Part shown: one piece after another, positions 12,524 to 25,089 of the stretch
Numbering within the stretch: the first letter of the stretch is position 1
How the letters are laid out: every line of letters begins with the position of its first letter
Origin: Nymphaea colorata
Taxonomy: Eukaryota
DNA length: 64,000 nt
Reading direction: 5' to 3'
NCBI RefSeq assembly: GCF_008831285.2
Contig: NC_045138.2
Span: forward strand, 4,526,001 to 4,590,000
Notes under the pieces: generated by a model
The model's database searches: none
Seen by the model: only the letters and a program-made list of their open reading frames with translations
Told to the model about the DNA's origin: nothing
Made by a program: the position numbers and the translations under genes

Positions 12524-15500
12524 TTATTTGTAGCTAATACGGACGCCTGGCAAGTAGTCTCTAGGCAATAAAAGCAAGGGGCAGTTGTAACAATCCAAAT
12601 CTTCAAGCCTTGAGAGCGACGCGATCTGTTCTTGTTCTGGCACCAATCCTGCACTACCATGCTCCCCCTCTTCTTCTTCCTCTGCTGCATTTGCAGGTCG
12701 GGGAAGCATGTCCACAAGATACCTCAGTTTGGGGAACTTTCTTATATAGAGCCCTTTAAGCTGTTTGAAGTTTTGCCAGTGGCCTCCTCCCAAACTTGTC
12801 TGCTCTGGGAAATCATACAGCCATATCTCTTCCACTTGGGTGAGACCCCACACCCAATCTGGCACCTTTCCCCAATTGGCATTGGGTTCCCCTCCCCACA
12901 AATGTAGAATCCTGAGGGAGGGTAGAAACGAGGATACCTGTGATGGCAATGGCGGTTCATCACCATCTCCACATTGCAACAACTCGTTGCTTGTCCTGAG
13001 CTCCGTGAGTTTGGGCAGACGAGTGAAGGCGTCCAACTTGAGTCTCGCACATGGGCTCACCAGTACAGTCAATTGTTGAAGCTCGATCTCATGACCCTTT
13101 GATAAAGCAGGGAGGAGCCCTTCCATCTGCATATTTGGGCACATCACCAATTGCGCATTTTTTAGGCATGGCAGTGCTGCAGCTTCCCCTGTTCCCCCTT
13201 CAAATCCCTCCCATTTGGGTAAACCAAACATTGTCATTTCTTCAAGCGATTCTAGACATGGAGGCAAGGCCTTGAGCTCTGCGCAACCTGACACTTCCAG
13301 TGTTCTGAGGTGTGGCATGGCAGTGGTCCCTTCTTGCCCTTTCTCCATCGGCCATCCTCTGAAAATGTTCAAGTACTGCAGCTTGAGTTCCTCAAGTGAA
13401 GGAAAGCATGGGAGATCGTTTAGCACCTGACAGGACGACAACTTCAACTTCCTTAAGACGGGCATGTTTGCAACTGAATTCAATTTATTGCATTCCTTCA
13501 CTTCAAGCTTCACAAGGGCGGGCATGCTAGTTAGCAGCATAAGGTCGTCACATTTTTCCAATGTCAATGACTTGAGCGCAGGCACGACGGGCATCGTCCC
13601 CAAGTGAGAGCAACAGGACAACCTCAATGTCTGCAGATTGGCATAGTTGGACTCCAGATACCAAGTGCTTGGCAGCGCGCCTCCTTTGTAGCAGGATAGC
13701 TCCAAGTTCTCGAGGCCATGTGGAGGCTGTAAAGCCTCTAGTATACCACCCTGTCTCTTTGATTCATTCTGTAATTCCCCTGTATCATCATCAGCAGTTC
13801 TGCTGGTTGCGCCATTGGGCATCGAGAAATCCAAACGCAGGGCGGTTATGCTCTTCTTTTTGTTGAGTTGTGCTTCACCTGCGTCTGTCATGGTAGTGAT
13901 ACTCCCCAACCCCATTATATTCAAACTTCCCTTCAGTTTGTTCAACTCTTTCAACTCCCTAATACTGCACCCATTTTCACACGCAAGGAACTTGCATAGG
14001 GTCCTTAAATGCGTAAGCTTACCAAGTCCTTCAGCCACAAATGTTAATTTGTCTGTCTTTTCCAATCCAAGATACCTCAAGTTGCAAAGTTCCCCTATTT
14101 CCTTGGGCAACTCCTCTATATGGCTGCCATCTAAATTCAGTGTCTGCAAGTTGTAGAGTCTACCTATTGAACTAGGCAAACTCTTCACCCAAGTGCCACT
14201 TAGACCAAGATATTTCAAAAGCGCAAGGTCTCCAATGCAATCTGGCAACTCTTTTATATCAGCACCTATCAATGACAACACTCTCAAGCTCCTGACCTTG
14301 CCTAGGCTATTAATTCCACAGCTGCAGCTACTCAGCAATGTATGCAGCTTACTTGTTTGCAATTCACTTTGAGCAATAAAAGAGCCGCCCGTAAGAGACA
14401 AGTGGCGGGTGTGCTCAGTTGCAGAATTATGACTGTATTCTTTTCCACCAATGTACAGGGCAAGATCATGTAGAATATCATGCAGTTTGACACCCTTTTT
14501 TGTTTCTTCTATCAAGCATCGGTCTATCAAATCATTAAGATAATCGTTTGCTCTCGCTTCCATGTCAACCCCGTTAGCTTCTTCAACTAATCCATGGGCT
14601 ATCCATTGCATGATCAACTCATTCTTTTGTATTTCATAATCCTTTGGGTACACACTGCAATAGACAAAGCAGTTCTTCAAACAAGGTGACAAGTCATCGT
14701 AGCTTAGCACCAGTCCAGGAAGAATGTCACCATATGGAGAAGAAGATGAGGGCATTTTCCATTCCCAGATCCCGCTCTTCTCCGCAACTGTCCATTCATG
14801 CCTCCCTATCTTCTTTGAACGCAACAAACGCCCGACTGTTTGGATCACAAGCGGCAAGCCGCCACATTTTTGTACTATTCTTTCCCCGATATCTTTCACA
14901 TTTTCCCTTACCAAGTCGTATTCACTCTTGTCTTCTTTCAGTGCATTTATCACAAACAAGTGCCAGCTTTCTTCTTGAGATAATCGCTCCAGTTTATGCA
15001 TGTATATTGAGTTAACATCACCAGAGACTTGTTTCTTCCTAGTGGTTATCAGAACTGCACTACCCACTGCACCCTCTACCAACAGGGTCTTTATTTGTTC
15101 CCACCACTCTAAATCCCATACATCATCTAGAACCAACAAAAATCTTTTGTCTGATAACTCTTTCTTTAGGCACTTGCATAGCAGCTCCAATTGGGTATAG
15201 TCAGGGGACTTTTCGGTAACTGACTCTAGTATCTTTCTCACCAATTCCTTGAGGTCTGGTTTCTCTGAGACACATACCCACCATCTGTTTTTCCCAAACT
15301 CTTCTTCAACTTCATTAAATACCATTTTAGCAAGAGTTGTTTTGCCAATTCCCCCCTGCCCTGTGATCGAGATGACAGAGACATTACATTTTGTACCATG
15401 GGTAAAGCTTCTAAGTTGGAGACTTTCTAATATCCTTTTCTTATCGACCTCCCTGCCCACTGTACCCTGCCAACTTATAAGGGAGGTGGTTTCTCTGTAA

Positions 15501-15955
15501 TGTTTAGTACTCGTGGGATTCTGACCAGTACCACTGCTTTGTGTAGCTTCAAAGAGTTTATATAAACCCAATGTCTCCCTCTCTCTGTGTATTTCTTCGA
15601 GCCTTTCATTTATGCTCTTCATATTATTTCCAAGTTGGTAACGATTAAAGCTCTTGCTAGCAGACATGATGGCCTTTCTTTTCTTTCCCGAAGAGGTGCT
15701 CGTTCTGTATTCGTCGATGGTGTCCTCGGCATCATAGAGAACATCCTTTAGCTTCCACACCCAGTCTCTGACGCGCTCGTTGTTGAAAAAAGGCATGCGG
15801 TTTGCAGTTTGAATGGCTGCTCGAATATCCTCGAGCTTGCTCTCGAGTTTCTTGAGCTCCCCTTCTGCATTCTTGAAGGCATTAAACTTTGCTTTGATCA
15901 AATCCACAGAACTCAACAGCGAGGAAATGGCAGCCTTTGCGAGCTCTTCTGCCAT
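12524..15955 (-). CDS. Intact single-exon CC-NB-ARC-LRR (CNL) disease-resistance protein, ~1143 aa (NLR1)
   Basis: Uninterrupted ORF. It has an Rx-type CC with EDVID-like DAEDTIDEY, P-loop GQGGIGKTT, RNBS-A WWVCVS, kinase-2 LLVLDDVW, RNBS-B GSAVLITTR, GGLPL, RNBS-D CFVYCSVYP, MHD-equivalent LHD, then LRRs. The likely start is MAEELA at 15955; an in-frame upstream ATG lies at 16036. Confidence 0.95.
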   Translation of the reverse strand: MAEELAKAAISSLLSSVDLIKAKFNAFKNAEGELKKLESKLEDIRAAIQTANRMPFFNNERVRDWVWKLKDVLYDAEDTIDEYRTSTSSGKKRKAIMSASKSFNRYQLGNNMKSINERLEEIHRERETLGLYKLFEATQSSGTGQNPTSTKHYRETTSLISWQGTVGREVDKKRILESLQLRSFTHGTKCNVSVISITGQGGIGKTTLAKMVFNEVEEEFGKNRWWVCVSEKPDLKELVRKILESVTEKSPDYTQLELLCKCLKKELSDKRFLLVLDDVWDLEWWEQIKTLLVEGAVGSAVLITTRKKQVSGDVNSIYMHKLERLSQEESWHLFVINALKEDKSEYDLVRENVKDIGERIVQKCGGLPLVIQTVGRLLRSKKIGRHEWTVAEKSGIWEWKMPSSSSPYGDILPGLVLSYDDLSPCLKNCFVYCSVYPKDYEIQKNELIMQWIAHGLVEEANGVDMEARANDYLNDLIDRCLIEETKKGVKLHDILHDLALYIGGKEYSHNSATEHTRHLSLTGGSFIAQSELQTSKLHTLLSSCSCGINSLGKVRSLRVLSLIGADIKELPDCIGDLALLKYLGLSGTWVKSLPSSIGRLYNLQTLNLDGSHIEELPKEIGELCNLRYLGLEKTDKLTFVAEGLGKLTHLRTLCKFLACENGCSIRELKELNKLKGSLNIMGLGSITTMTDAGEAQLNKKKSITALRLDFSMPNGATSRTADDDTGELQNESKRQGGILEALQPPHGLENLELSCYKGGALPSTWYLESNYANLQTLRLSCCSHLGTMPVVPALKSLTLEKCDDLMLLTSMPALVKLEVKECNKLNSVANMPVLRKLKLSSCQVLNDLPCFPSLEELKLQYLNIFRGWPMEKGQEGTTAMPHLRTLEVSGCAELKALPPCLESLEEMTMFGLPKWEGFEGGTGEAAALPCLKNAQLVMCPNMQMEGLLPALSKGHEIELQQLTVLVSPCARLKLDAFTRLPKLTELRTSNELLQCGDGDEPPLPSQVSSFLPSLRILHLWGGEPNANWGKVPDWVWGLTQVEEIWLYDFPEQTSLGGGHWQNFKQLKGLYIRKFPKLRYLVDMLPRPANAAEEEEEGEHGSAGLVPEQEQIASLSRLEDLDCYNCPLLLLPRDYLPGVRISYK

Positions 15956-18900
15956 GTCTGTTTGCTTGAGAATACAGCTGATGGCAGAGCCAAACTGAGA
16001 GAAATCTTTCCACCTTAGAAACAAAGAAGCAGGCATGGACAAACTATGAGATGCTCACTCTTAGCAACTGCGGACAGAAAGTGGAAGCTTAAACAGGTAC
16101 ACGGACTATGTCTCAACTGTACTTATTTGCATTAATGTTTTAAACCTTGCTTCTTGCTTTAATATGTTTCAAATTTCACTTCGTTTTTCATCCTTTCTTA
16201 TGCTTGGGGTCACTGAACATGACAATTGCTCATAATCGTATGTAACAAAAGCTAAAACAGCTTCATGGCAACAGCGAAGCATACGGAAACTTAAATAAAA
16301 CCAGATTATTGGGCTGGTTATTAATAAAGCACATTATCCAATACAGCGTATAAAAAAGCAAAAACATTATATAAAAAATAGATATGTATATTAAAACAGT
16401 GTATACAAAATTAAATTATAAGGATCGGCTCCTCGGCGAACAAACTAAAGCTGAAAAAACCTAAAATAAAGCAAACTTAAACTGGTTATATTGTAAATTT
16501 AGAACATCTTGCACGCAACACATGTACAACAAGGAAAAAGAGAGGGGGGATAGGAGATTTTAAAAGTCTTTTGTAAATAAATGTATATTTGTACTTTTAA
16601 CTTTTTTTCATAACCTTTTTTTGTTCTTCTAAAAATCTATTTTTAAAACATTTTCTAGAATATTTAAGTATTACACACCTCTGTTGTGCTTAACTTTTTT
16701 TGTACAAAGGTCTACACGTAACCTGTTGTCCGAACGGATTATATAGAGCACATTGCAAAACGCAACTTTCCCTTGTCCAACAAAAACATGCTGATTTTTG
16801 GATGTTTTATTGAGCTGCCCAAGTTGTTTATAAAGGCCACTCCTTTCTAAGTAACTAAAACCATAATTTTTTTTTGTGTTTTTTTATTGGTGAAAACTTT
16901 TTTCGGATTTATTAAGAACAAGTTTACTCCTTAATCTCTCCCCAATAATGTGATCATCCAAATTCAGTTTTTTCTCTTCTATATTACTGAAAATCCTTAA
17001 ATATCACCCATCATCAAGATAATCTATCCTCTGCATAAAACTAATGAGGCAAGCTGGTATTACAGATCTCTAGATTGGACTTTTTTTTTGTTTCCGACAA
17101 ATCACGATTTAGCCGTTTAGGTCGACAGTGTATAGGATGTTGAGAATCAATGAAAATAGTTTTGTTGAAAAATTGGTGCACAATTTCCTTTTTGGCAATA
17201 ATTGGAGATGGAACAATACTTGCTTAACTCATTTATGTTAAACATGTATCGTTTCTTTTAACTCATTTAGTTGGTGCTCGCTTAACTATTATCTTCTTGT
17301 AAATCAACATTCATTATGTAGTCGAGCCCAGTCGAGTTCTTACAACTCGAACTGTAGTCGTTTAACATTTCAAGCTCGCTTGTAAACGAATCGAACTTGA
17401 GTCGAGTTTTGGCAAGTAAGTTTGAGTCGAACTCGAGCTGGCTTGATTGATTGTGCAGCCATACCAACTACCCTGCTAAAAACTAGTCAGTTTGGATCTA
17501 TAATGACTAAAATGCTTTTGATTAAAGTAAAAAATGGAGTTTCTTACGAAAATAAAAATTTGATTATGAAAAAGTTAAGAACTAAAAAACTAACACCTTT
17601 TTATAAAAATTTCTAAAATGCCCTAAACCCTCAATTTTTTATACGGTATAGATTTATTGTGTGAACACAACTTGATCTCTTAAAAACCCTCTAACCTATT
17701 GTTATGCTCCTCCCAAATCCGCCACCAACAATATATCAGGTTGGGGATGTAGCGGGATAAGGAGGGCCGAGGGTGGCAGAGGAGCTAACAGAACAATGAG
17801 CAAGAGGTAAAAAGGTTGAAAAGATTCTTTTGTAGAACGACAAAGGATACACCAACTAGCCAAGTGGAAACCAAATGTAGCCAGCAAGTAGGCAAGGGGT
17901 ATACCAACTAGTCAGATTGAAACCAAGATGCTGCAGATGGTCAATAGTGTCAATATGCGAAACTGGTCGCCTTTATGCACACATAGAAGTGTGTAATGCC
18001 TAAAATACCCTTGATAAAGTGAAAAAAAAGATATGCAAAAGTCTAACAAGTACACTTTATTATAAAACAATACTTAAACCTTTCCCCTTTTTATTTGTTG
18101 TGTGCACAATACAATTCCATCTTGTTAATATGAATATGACCAACAAGTAGGAGTCATGCAAAAACCATGGCACCAAGTGTGTGGTTAGCTATCGACCATA
18201 CTTTTGGCAGATGAAGGAGAAGAACATGTGGTCAGAGGTGGCAAGCCACCACCACTAGGAGCATAGCCAGGCAATGGTCATGCGTCCGGATCCCTCCATC
18301 CCTAGGAGATGAGTGAACCTGGTTAATATGTGTTTTTTCATGCACCAGTATGATTAATGACTAAAATGCCCTTAGTTCACATTGGATTTTTTTTTTTTGT
18401 AAACACAAAATTGAAAATCAACAAAAGTAAAAAAGACTTTGGATGGCATTTTTTTTAATAAATTTTCAAAATGTCCTTCATTGCCTTACTGCACATCGTG
18501 GTGCGCCTGTTGCATATAACTTTCTCTCGAATATGAGGGCACACAACAACATCCCACTGTGCCAGAGAAGCATGCAGTTTATCTGCTGTCTCTAAAGAAA
18601 AGGCGAAGGGCTCTGTCAAACTGATGGAAGATGAAGGCAAGAGAGAGAGAGAGGGAGGGAGAGAGAGATTGATGGAAAGAAGGGCAAAAGTGTCCTTTTT
18701 TGCATTAAACCATAGTTGTCTAACCTTGTTCAATAAGCTGGATCGCCTGTTGATATAAACCTGCAAAAGAGAGGCTGTAAAGTCGAAACCTTTAAAATCA
18801 CAGGATCCTGTTTGCCATTTGTCTAAAATTGAGACGTTTTTTTGCAATTTTTTCATATAAAACAAGTTATATGACGGGCTATACTAATAAGTCATAGTAA

Positions 18901-19019
18901 ACGCTGTCGTGAGTGCCACGAGAGTTGGGAGGAGGAGCTAGCAGTCAATCCTCGACCTGGCGGTCGCTGGTGGTTTGTATATAGTTGTAGCAAGTCATTG
19001 ACTTGGGTCACTAGCTTTA

Positions 19020-19330
19020 GAGAGAGAAGAAAGAGAAAGAGACAAAGAGCGACAAAATGAGAATTCATCAACGAAAATGAGGCGACAAATAGTCGCGAAC
19101 AAGGAAAAAACGGCAAAAAACAAAAACAAAGAAAAGAAAGCAACCAAAGAACATGTAGAACAGAGAAAGGAGAACAAAGAGGGAAGGAAGCCAAGGAGAA
19201 GTGCAAGATGCACATCTCTCTGTCTTCTCCAAGTAGTCAATAGAGTCTGCTAAAGCTGCTGTGTCTCTAAAGACCCTGTTGTGCTCGGCCACCAACAGCT
19301 AATAACCACAGCTGCCAAGTATAAGGCGAA
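19020..19330 (-). mobile_element. Possible 3' end remnant of an L1-type LINE
   Basis: The minus-strand peptide LVAEHNRVFRD resembles the WxERNxRxF motif at the end of plant LINE ORF2. It is followed by a T/CT-rich tail similar to the 3' end of the LINE at 41.6 kb. Confidence 0.35.
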
Positions 19331-19714
19331 AACTGAGAAGCAGAGGGCGAAGGGTTAAAAGAAAGAGAGGGAGAGAAAGAGAGATTAAAGCCTTCCTCCC
19401 CTTTTCCACTGATCAGTAAACTTGCAGAATCTAAGTACCGATTCAAGCAGCCTCATAAACTGCTTTAACTAAATTGAGAGACTGGACAACTCTCTTTCTC
19501 TCGACGCTGAAAAGACAAAGAACCCTAGGAAGAGCCAATTTTTACTACTGAAAAGAACAAAACTAAGGAAACACACTAAAAAATGCTTAGCATCGAATTC
19601 ACAGATTAAAAAGAATTTGGAGTTTAGCGACATGAGCAAAGAAGTATGCAGCGAAAGGCAGAGAACACACCTTTTCCGGCAACAGAAGCAGAGAGATCTG
19701 TAGCAAAGGCAGAA

Positions 19715-19750
<36 letters not shown>

Positions 19751-20090
19751 CCTCCTTAAGTTCTTTTCCTTTTATGAATGGTGGGTCGTGTGTAGGGACG
19801 TATTAAGGTTGGACGCATCTGATTATGGACCTGACTTTGAATCCATTTAACCGTAGCTAGTAAAAAAGCATTGTGCCATTACTAATCAAATTCGTTTACT
19901 TTTCAGTTTTATGCTATATTCAGGCCCGAGTCCACTTTGTGTTACGGAGATCCAACAAAGATCCAACCCAATTATGTCTAGATTTCGGATCATAAGCTTC
20001 TCGGATCCAAATTCAGTTTTGAAAAGTAGAGCCTACATTTGAATCCCAAGTCCTACCTGAATCCAAACCACTGACATCCATAGTTGCGGA

Positions 20091-20539
20091 TAGGGATGCC
20101 AATATATCTGATTTGCATCAGATTTCTAATTTATCTGTTTCGAAGAAATCAGATATGAAAAAAAATTTCATATCCCATTAAAAAGTTAGATTGAATTCAG
20201 CTTTAGTAATTGGCTTCCAATCAGATTTTTGGATATACATAAACATCTGATTCGATTTAGATACGGATTTGAATCAGATTTATTTTAAACAAATATCCTA
20301 CATCAAATGCTCTTACATTTTGAAAACCGGTCAAATTCGGTACAAAATTCGTATTCAGATATGAATATAAAAATTAGATTCGGATCAGGTTCAATTTGTA
20401 AAATTGGATTTCAGATTCAGATTTAGATATTTCTTTGTTCTTATTTGAATATGAATTTGAATCCAAATAAGTCAATATCTGAAAAAGTAGATACAGTTAA
20501 AAGTATGTCTAATTTGAATACGATCCGTTGGCATCCCTA
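20091..20539. mobile_element. hAT-type MITE (ATCCGA family)
   Basis: Perfect 12-bp TIR TAGGGATGCCAA ... TTGGCATCCCTA. A more degenerate relative lies at ~19792-20082. Confidence 0.8.
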
Positions 20540-20969
20540 ATCGTGGTTGAAGGGGTAGCCTTGTCCTCCCTTTCTTTCTTTCTCCTTTGACAGCTTTTCA
20601 TTTCTCCTTGGCGGCTTGTATGACAAGTAGTTAGGTGGGTGGCTTCTTTTTTGTGAAAGAGACCTGAAAGATAGTTGGGTCACTTGATGAGCACCAAAGT
20701 TAGAAAATTAGTACAGGCAGCCATAAGGTGGGGGCGGTAGGGGGTTAGCTGATGTAGAAGATAAGGTCTCCAGTATAGGCTTTGGAAAGAAAGGAATTGA
20801 AATGTGCATCGAAGAAGGTTGAATGATCCCATCATTTCCTAGATTTGAAGAATAGATCATCTGCCAATAACTGTGGCCACTTTGGTTAGAATCAAGTGGT
20901 AGTATCACGCGCATATCATGGTGGGGTCTTTGACTCTCATTTTCAGCGGTGGAGTTAGAAATTTTTGGT

Positions 20970-21419
20970 TAAGTAGATGTCAGTATATTTGATTTGGATC
21001 AGATATCCAACCAAACCATTCTGAAAAACCAGTTATAGAAAAAATATAATGTCCTATTCAAAGATCAAATCGGGTTTGGATTAAAGAAATGACATTCAAT
21101 TGCATTCGGATTTAGATATATATAAATATTCGATCATATTCAAATTCAGATTGGATTTAGTTTTAAACAAATATCATACATCCAACACTCTTATATTTTG
21201 AAAGTATGCTAGCTTTGGTTCAAAATTCGGATTTGGAAGTGAATGCAAAATTGGATTAAGATCATAATCAGATTGTAAAATCGGATTTCAGATTCAGATA
21301 TGACTTCTCTTCGTTTATATTCAAATGAGAATTCAAATATGGACATGTGAATATCTGAAAAAGCAGCTATATGTGGTGAAGAGTATATTTTATTTGAATC
21401 CGACCCAATGAGATCTCTA
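20970..21419. mobile_element. hAT-type MITE (ATCCGA family), degenerate ends
   Basis: Colinear with the 20091-20539 copy; ends AGATGTCAG ... GAGATCTCTA. Confidence 0.65.
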
Positions 21420-21729
21420 TGGCTGATGGCGTACGACAAGCAAACCTGGGTGACAACTCCTATGGCTGGATCCAAAATCCAAGTCCACTCCTCGTTGAAA
21501 AGTTGTTGACCCTGCCGGCAAATGCTCATACCAGCCCACATCTGGCTTACCCGCTGCTCTTTTCAGCCATTGAGACGAGTAAGAAAGACTGTATCAGCAC
21601 CTCTTTCCGATGCTAAGAATGCACGTTGCATTCCTTACAATTGCAAATCTCATGCTAATCCATTTCTTAGGGACTGCATGTTTGTCTTTTGAACTTCGAG
21701 TTAAGTTGGGCATTTTATGTGGATATAGG

Positions 21730-22125
21730 TAAGGATGTCAATAGATCACCCACCTGCTTTTTAGGATATTTACATATTCAGATTCAAAAGACAAAAATTC
21801 ATATCCAAATCCAAATCCAAAATCTGATTTCACAATCCAAATCGGACTTTTACATTCATATATGAATCTAAGTCTAAGTTTGAAGCAAATTTAGCCAATT
21901 TTTCAAAATTTAAGAGCATTAAGTATAGGATATTTCTTTAAAAATAAATCCGATGAATCCGAATCCGATTGGATATTATTTGTATCTGAGTCCAATCAGA
22001 TCTCATTTCTTAAATCCAAATATGATTTCACTTATTAATCAAATATTATTATTTTTTTCATATCTGATTTTTTCGGAATAGTTTGGTCGGATATCTGATC
22101 CAAATCAGATATACTGACATATCTA
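21730..22125. mobile_element. hAT-type MITE (ATCCGA family) with 8-bp TSD
   Basis: Ends TAAGGATGTCA ... TGACATATCTA, flanked by the exact 8-bp direct repeat GATATAGG (21722-21729 and 22126-22133). An 8-bp TSD is characteristic of hAT elements. Confidence 0.85.
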
Positions 22126-22479
22126 GATATAGGGTAATTAGCAGCCCAGGTTTCTTATGAAAGATGCTGGGAGTTAGGCTCCGGACTTTTATTAACAAAA
22201 AATTATATCTACAACAGCCAAAAATGGAGATGCATAGCATGTAGCCAAGTGAAAACTTAGCTACTGTGACCCAGCAGCCCCACAAAAACAACAAGCAACA
22301 GCAAGCTGCAACCATGCATTGAGATTTTGGAAAGTGAAGAGTGGACATGTACCTCCTTGACTCACATGGGGCTTCCCATGGTTTTAACTTGCCAAATTCA
22401 CCAAACAAAATGAGAGAAAATGACAAAAAGTTTTGCATCTCCCCTTTGTTGTTTGGTAAAGCAGAAGGAGTATTTATCC

Positions 22480-22720
22480 TACCGCTCTCTATTGAGGGCC
22501 AAAGCCCCCACCTATCCTATCCCCATCCCTCTAGAGTCCAGAGCTGTTTTTAGTTCATGAGAAAGGTGCCCCCCATTATGCTTCTTCTACCTGCAGTACC
22601 CCCTTTATGCTGCATAAAGAATCAACACATTGAAGATTTGAAACGAAAACTGGCAGCCTACCAGCCTCCACCCGTCCGATGCACCAACTGCTTTGCTTTG
22701 GGGATGCAATTCTCCTTTGT
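22480..22720 (+). mobile_element. Possible LINE ORF1 remnant (zinc-knuckle region)
   Basis: AYQPPPVRCTNCFALG resembles the YExxPxxCxxCxxLGH knuckle of plant L1 ORF1; highly degenerate. Confidence 0.35.
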
Positions 22721-23619
22721 TGAGCTTAGGAGTGGCTCATGTAATTATCTTTTTGTTGCTTATCTTTACATCCAAAATTATTGATGATGTGGCCTTAGGT
22801 TTTTATGACAGTGTTACTGTTATGCTCATCGATCTTTGTTTATTATTTCTGTTGTTGTAAAAATTATGGTTCTATTGTATGCTTTCCTTTTGTCCTAGAT
22901 GGTGCAATAGTAGGTCTTTTTTTGCACTTCATGATATCTCTATTACGGGGTACTTTTATGAGGTATCCATATTGACACGGATAAGACACTTGTCCGAGTA
23001 TTGGCACACACTTGGACACAGCCCAAACATAGTCAAACCTATGTCGGGTGTGGTCAACATACCCATGACCATATCCATTAGTTTATTTTTGTCCACTTAA
23101 TTGAATGACATGTTGAAGAGCATCCAAACTAATTTACATCTGAATACTGGATTGAAGTAGATTCATGAAATAGTACTGCATTTGAGTGTTTCATGAATAT
23201 ACCCAAGTCTATAGCAGAAACTAATACATAGAGTACTATCATAGAGTTCATGCTACCAAACACCATAAAAAAGAGTTATGCATAAGGAGCGAAAGAGTTG
23301 CAAGGAACCATTTGAAAATTAAGCTACTCTGTGGTATATGGATTCTGGCAACAAATATTTCGTTCAAGGTTTGAGGTGTTTATTCAGTTTTTGTTTATAA
23401 CCATTAATTACATTCATTTGGTTCTATACTTTGACTGAAGATTCATGCCATAATCAATAACTTCCACAAGAACATATATATGTGTTTGATTACTCCAATC
23501 CCTTATTCTAGACAAAGATATAAACTCTGTTTGAAAATTTTATGAAATACAAAATAAATTTGTAATTTCTGAGTATTCCACTCTGTTGATAAGAAGCACT
23601 GATGACTTTACTGCCATCT

Positions 23620-24170
23620 AGCAATGGCCACTCAGAGCCAACAACATCTTCCTCAACAGAATCAGTGAAAACTAAGTACGCATGCATGTGCCAAACACTC
23701 TTCTTCTGCGATCCTAATAGCCTCCATCACTTTGTTGTCTATTAAACTCTACGCCGAGGCGAACTGTATGCTCGGGGAATATATCACAGTTTATTCTCAT
23801 TTTGATTACTTATGATCATATGGACCTTGTCGATGAGAGTTACCCTGCTCCTGCCAAGCAGAAAGGAAATTCCATGGAGTTGAACCTCAAATATAAAGAA
23901 TGGGTTTGACAGGATCAATTGCTGTTCAGCTGGCTGTTATCTTCTTTTACTGAGGATGTGCACGGTCAGATTCTTCGCCTTTAAGACTGCATCTGATATG
24001 TGGCAGGCTTTGATGATTGCAATTCAAATCTTAGTTTGAAGATTTGAAGAAAGGGAACAAAACTGTGGATTAATATATTCAGAAAGCTAAGGCGTCCGCT
24101 CACCAACTTTCCGTCACCTCTAAAGCAGTGCCAGATAAATACATTGCTATGCAAGTCCTTAAAGGTCTAC
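23620..24170 (+). mobile_element. Ty1/Copia gag remnant
   Basis: Translates, with stops and frameshifts, as LSIKL...N, then YDHMDLVDESYPAP...NLKYKEWV*QDQLLFSWLLSSFTEDVHGQIL, the typical Copia gag motif WxxQDQLLxSWLLSS. Confidence 0.75.
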
Positions 24171-24249
24171 GACGTCTTCGAACTAATGGAATAATAATGA
24201 AGTACTGAGCAGAGTGAAAGAACAGTGCATCTTAATGTGAACGGCATAT

Positions 24250-24510
24250 TAGGACAGAAATTTTTCTACGGGTATCACAATCTTCTCCTGATAACAGATA
24301 TTGGATTATGCCGCAGCTCCAGTTATTAGACCAAAATTGCGTGGAATTTCCATCCCCCAGTTGCATCTTCTCATATGACTAATTTCTTCCCATCCCAGAT
24401 GATTCCTTGCCAAGACCATGAGTTTTTTTGCTTTATTTTGCTCGTCAATAAGCTGCAGTTACTCAGATGTTTAGCTTTTACGAGCTGAGGCTAATAGAAT
24501 AAGATATGCA
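24250..24510 (-). mobile_element. L1-type LINE ORF2 C-terminal remnant
   Basis: Minus-strand fragments LVKAKH...SWSWQGII...LGDGNSTQFWSNNW match the KAKY...SxxWxxI...GDGxxxxFWxDxW segment after RT in plant LINEs. Confidence 0.6.
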
Positions 24511-24599
24511 GACCCTACATGCCAAAAAACTCTATAGAGATCTTTTATATGTATATAGCTGAAAATTGGCCCCGCCCCTTCTATACATGAGATTGCCAG

Positions 24600-24730
24600 T
24601 TCACCAAATCTACTTTCCTATCATCAGTGGGAGAGCTACGTTTGCCACACAATCCCACAAAATTTTCACCAAATCTACTTTCCTATCATCAGTGGCAGAG
24701 CCACGTTTGCCACACAATCCCACAAAATTT
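24600..24730. repeat. Tandem duplication, 2 x 65 bp
   Basis: ttcaccaaatctactttcctatcatcagtgg(g/c)agagc(t/c)acgtttgccacacaatcccacaaaattt occurs twice in tandem. Confidence 0.9.
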
Positions 24731-25089
24731 ACTTTATTTACATATAAAAACTTTATTCATTTTCAGTTTGTCTACATATGAGTGCCCCTTAGAGTTTGAA
24801 ATATAAACTTAGAGGTCGTTTGATTGTTGTTCATTCGGACGGAATAGACAGGACATCCTGTCCATTACACTACTATCCTGTCCTCATGAACAATGATGTT
24901 CCTTATTCACCGTTTAATGATTTTAAGAACAGAATACTAAGTTCTTTTTGTCCGACGTTTGCTATGTCTGTTATGTTTGACATTTGTTTCAAAATAAACA
25001 AATCTAATTACAATTATGAAAGATAAATTAAAAATTTGTCAGCAATACCTGATACTTTGTTGTTTTGTTTATGTCAATCTAATGTAAAT

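Noticed and set aside
12632..16018. Many 60-120 aa ORFs overlapping NLR1 (likewise within NLR2)
   Set aside because: They are antisense or alternate-frame shadows of the long NLR ORFs with no recognisable motifs.
16540..18480. AT-rich dispersed repeats (similar to ~34960-35400) and CTCGAG-rich elements (~17.3, 49.5 and 52.1 kb)
   Set aside because: These are probably further MITE or Mutator-like remnants, but I could not define termini or TSDs, so they are not listed as features.
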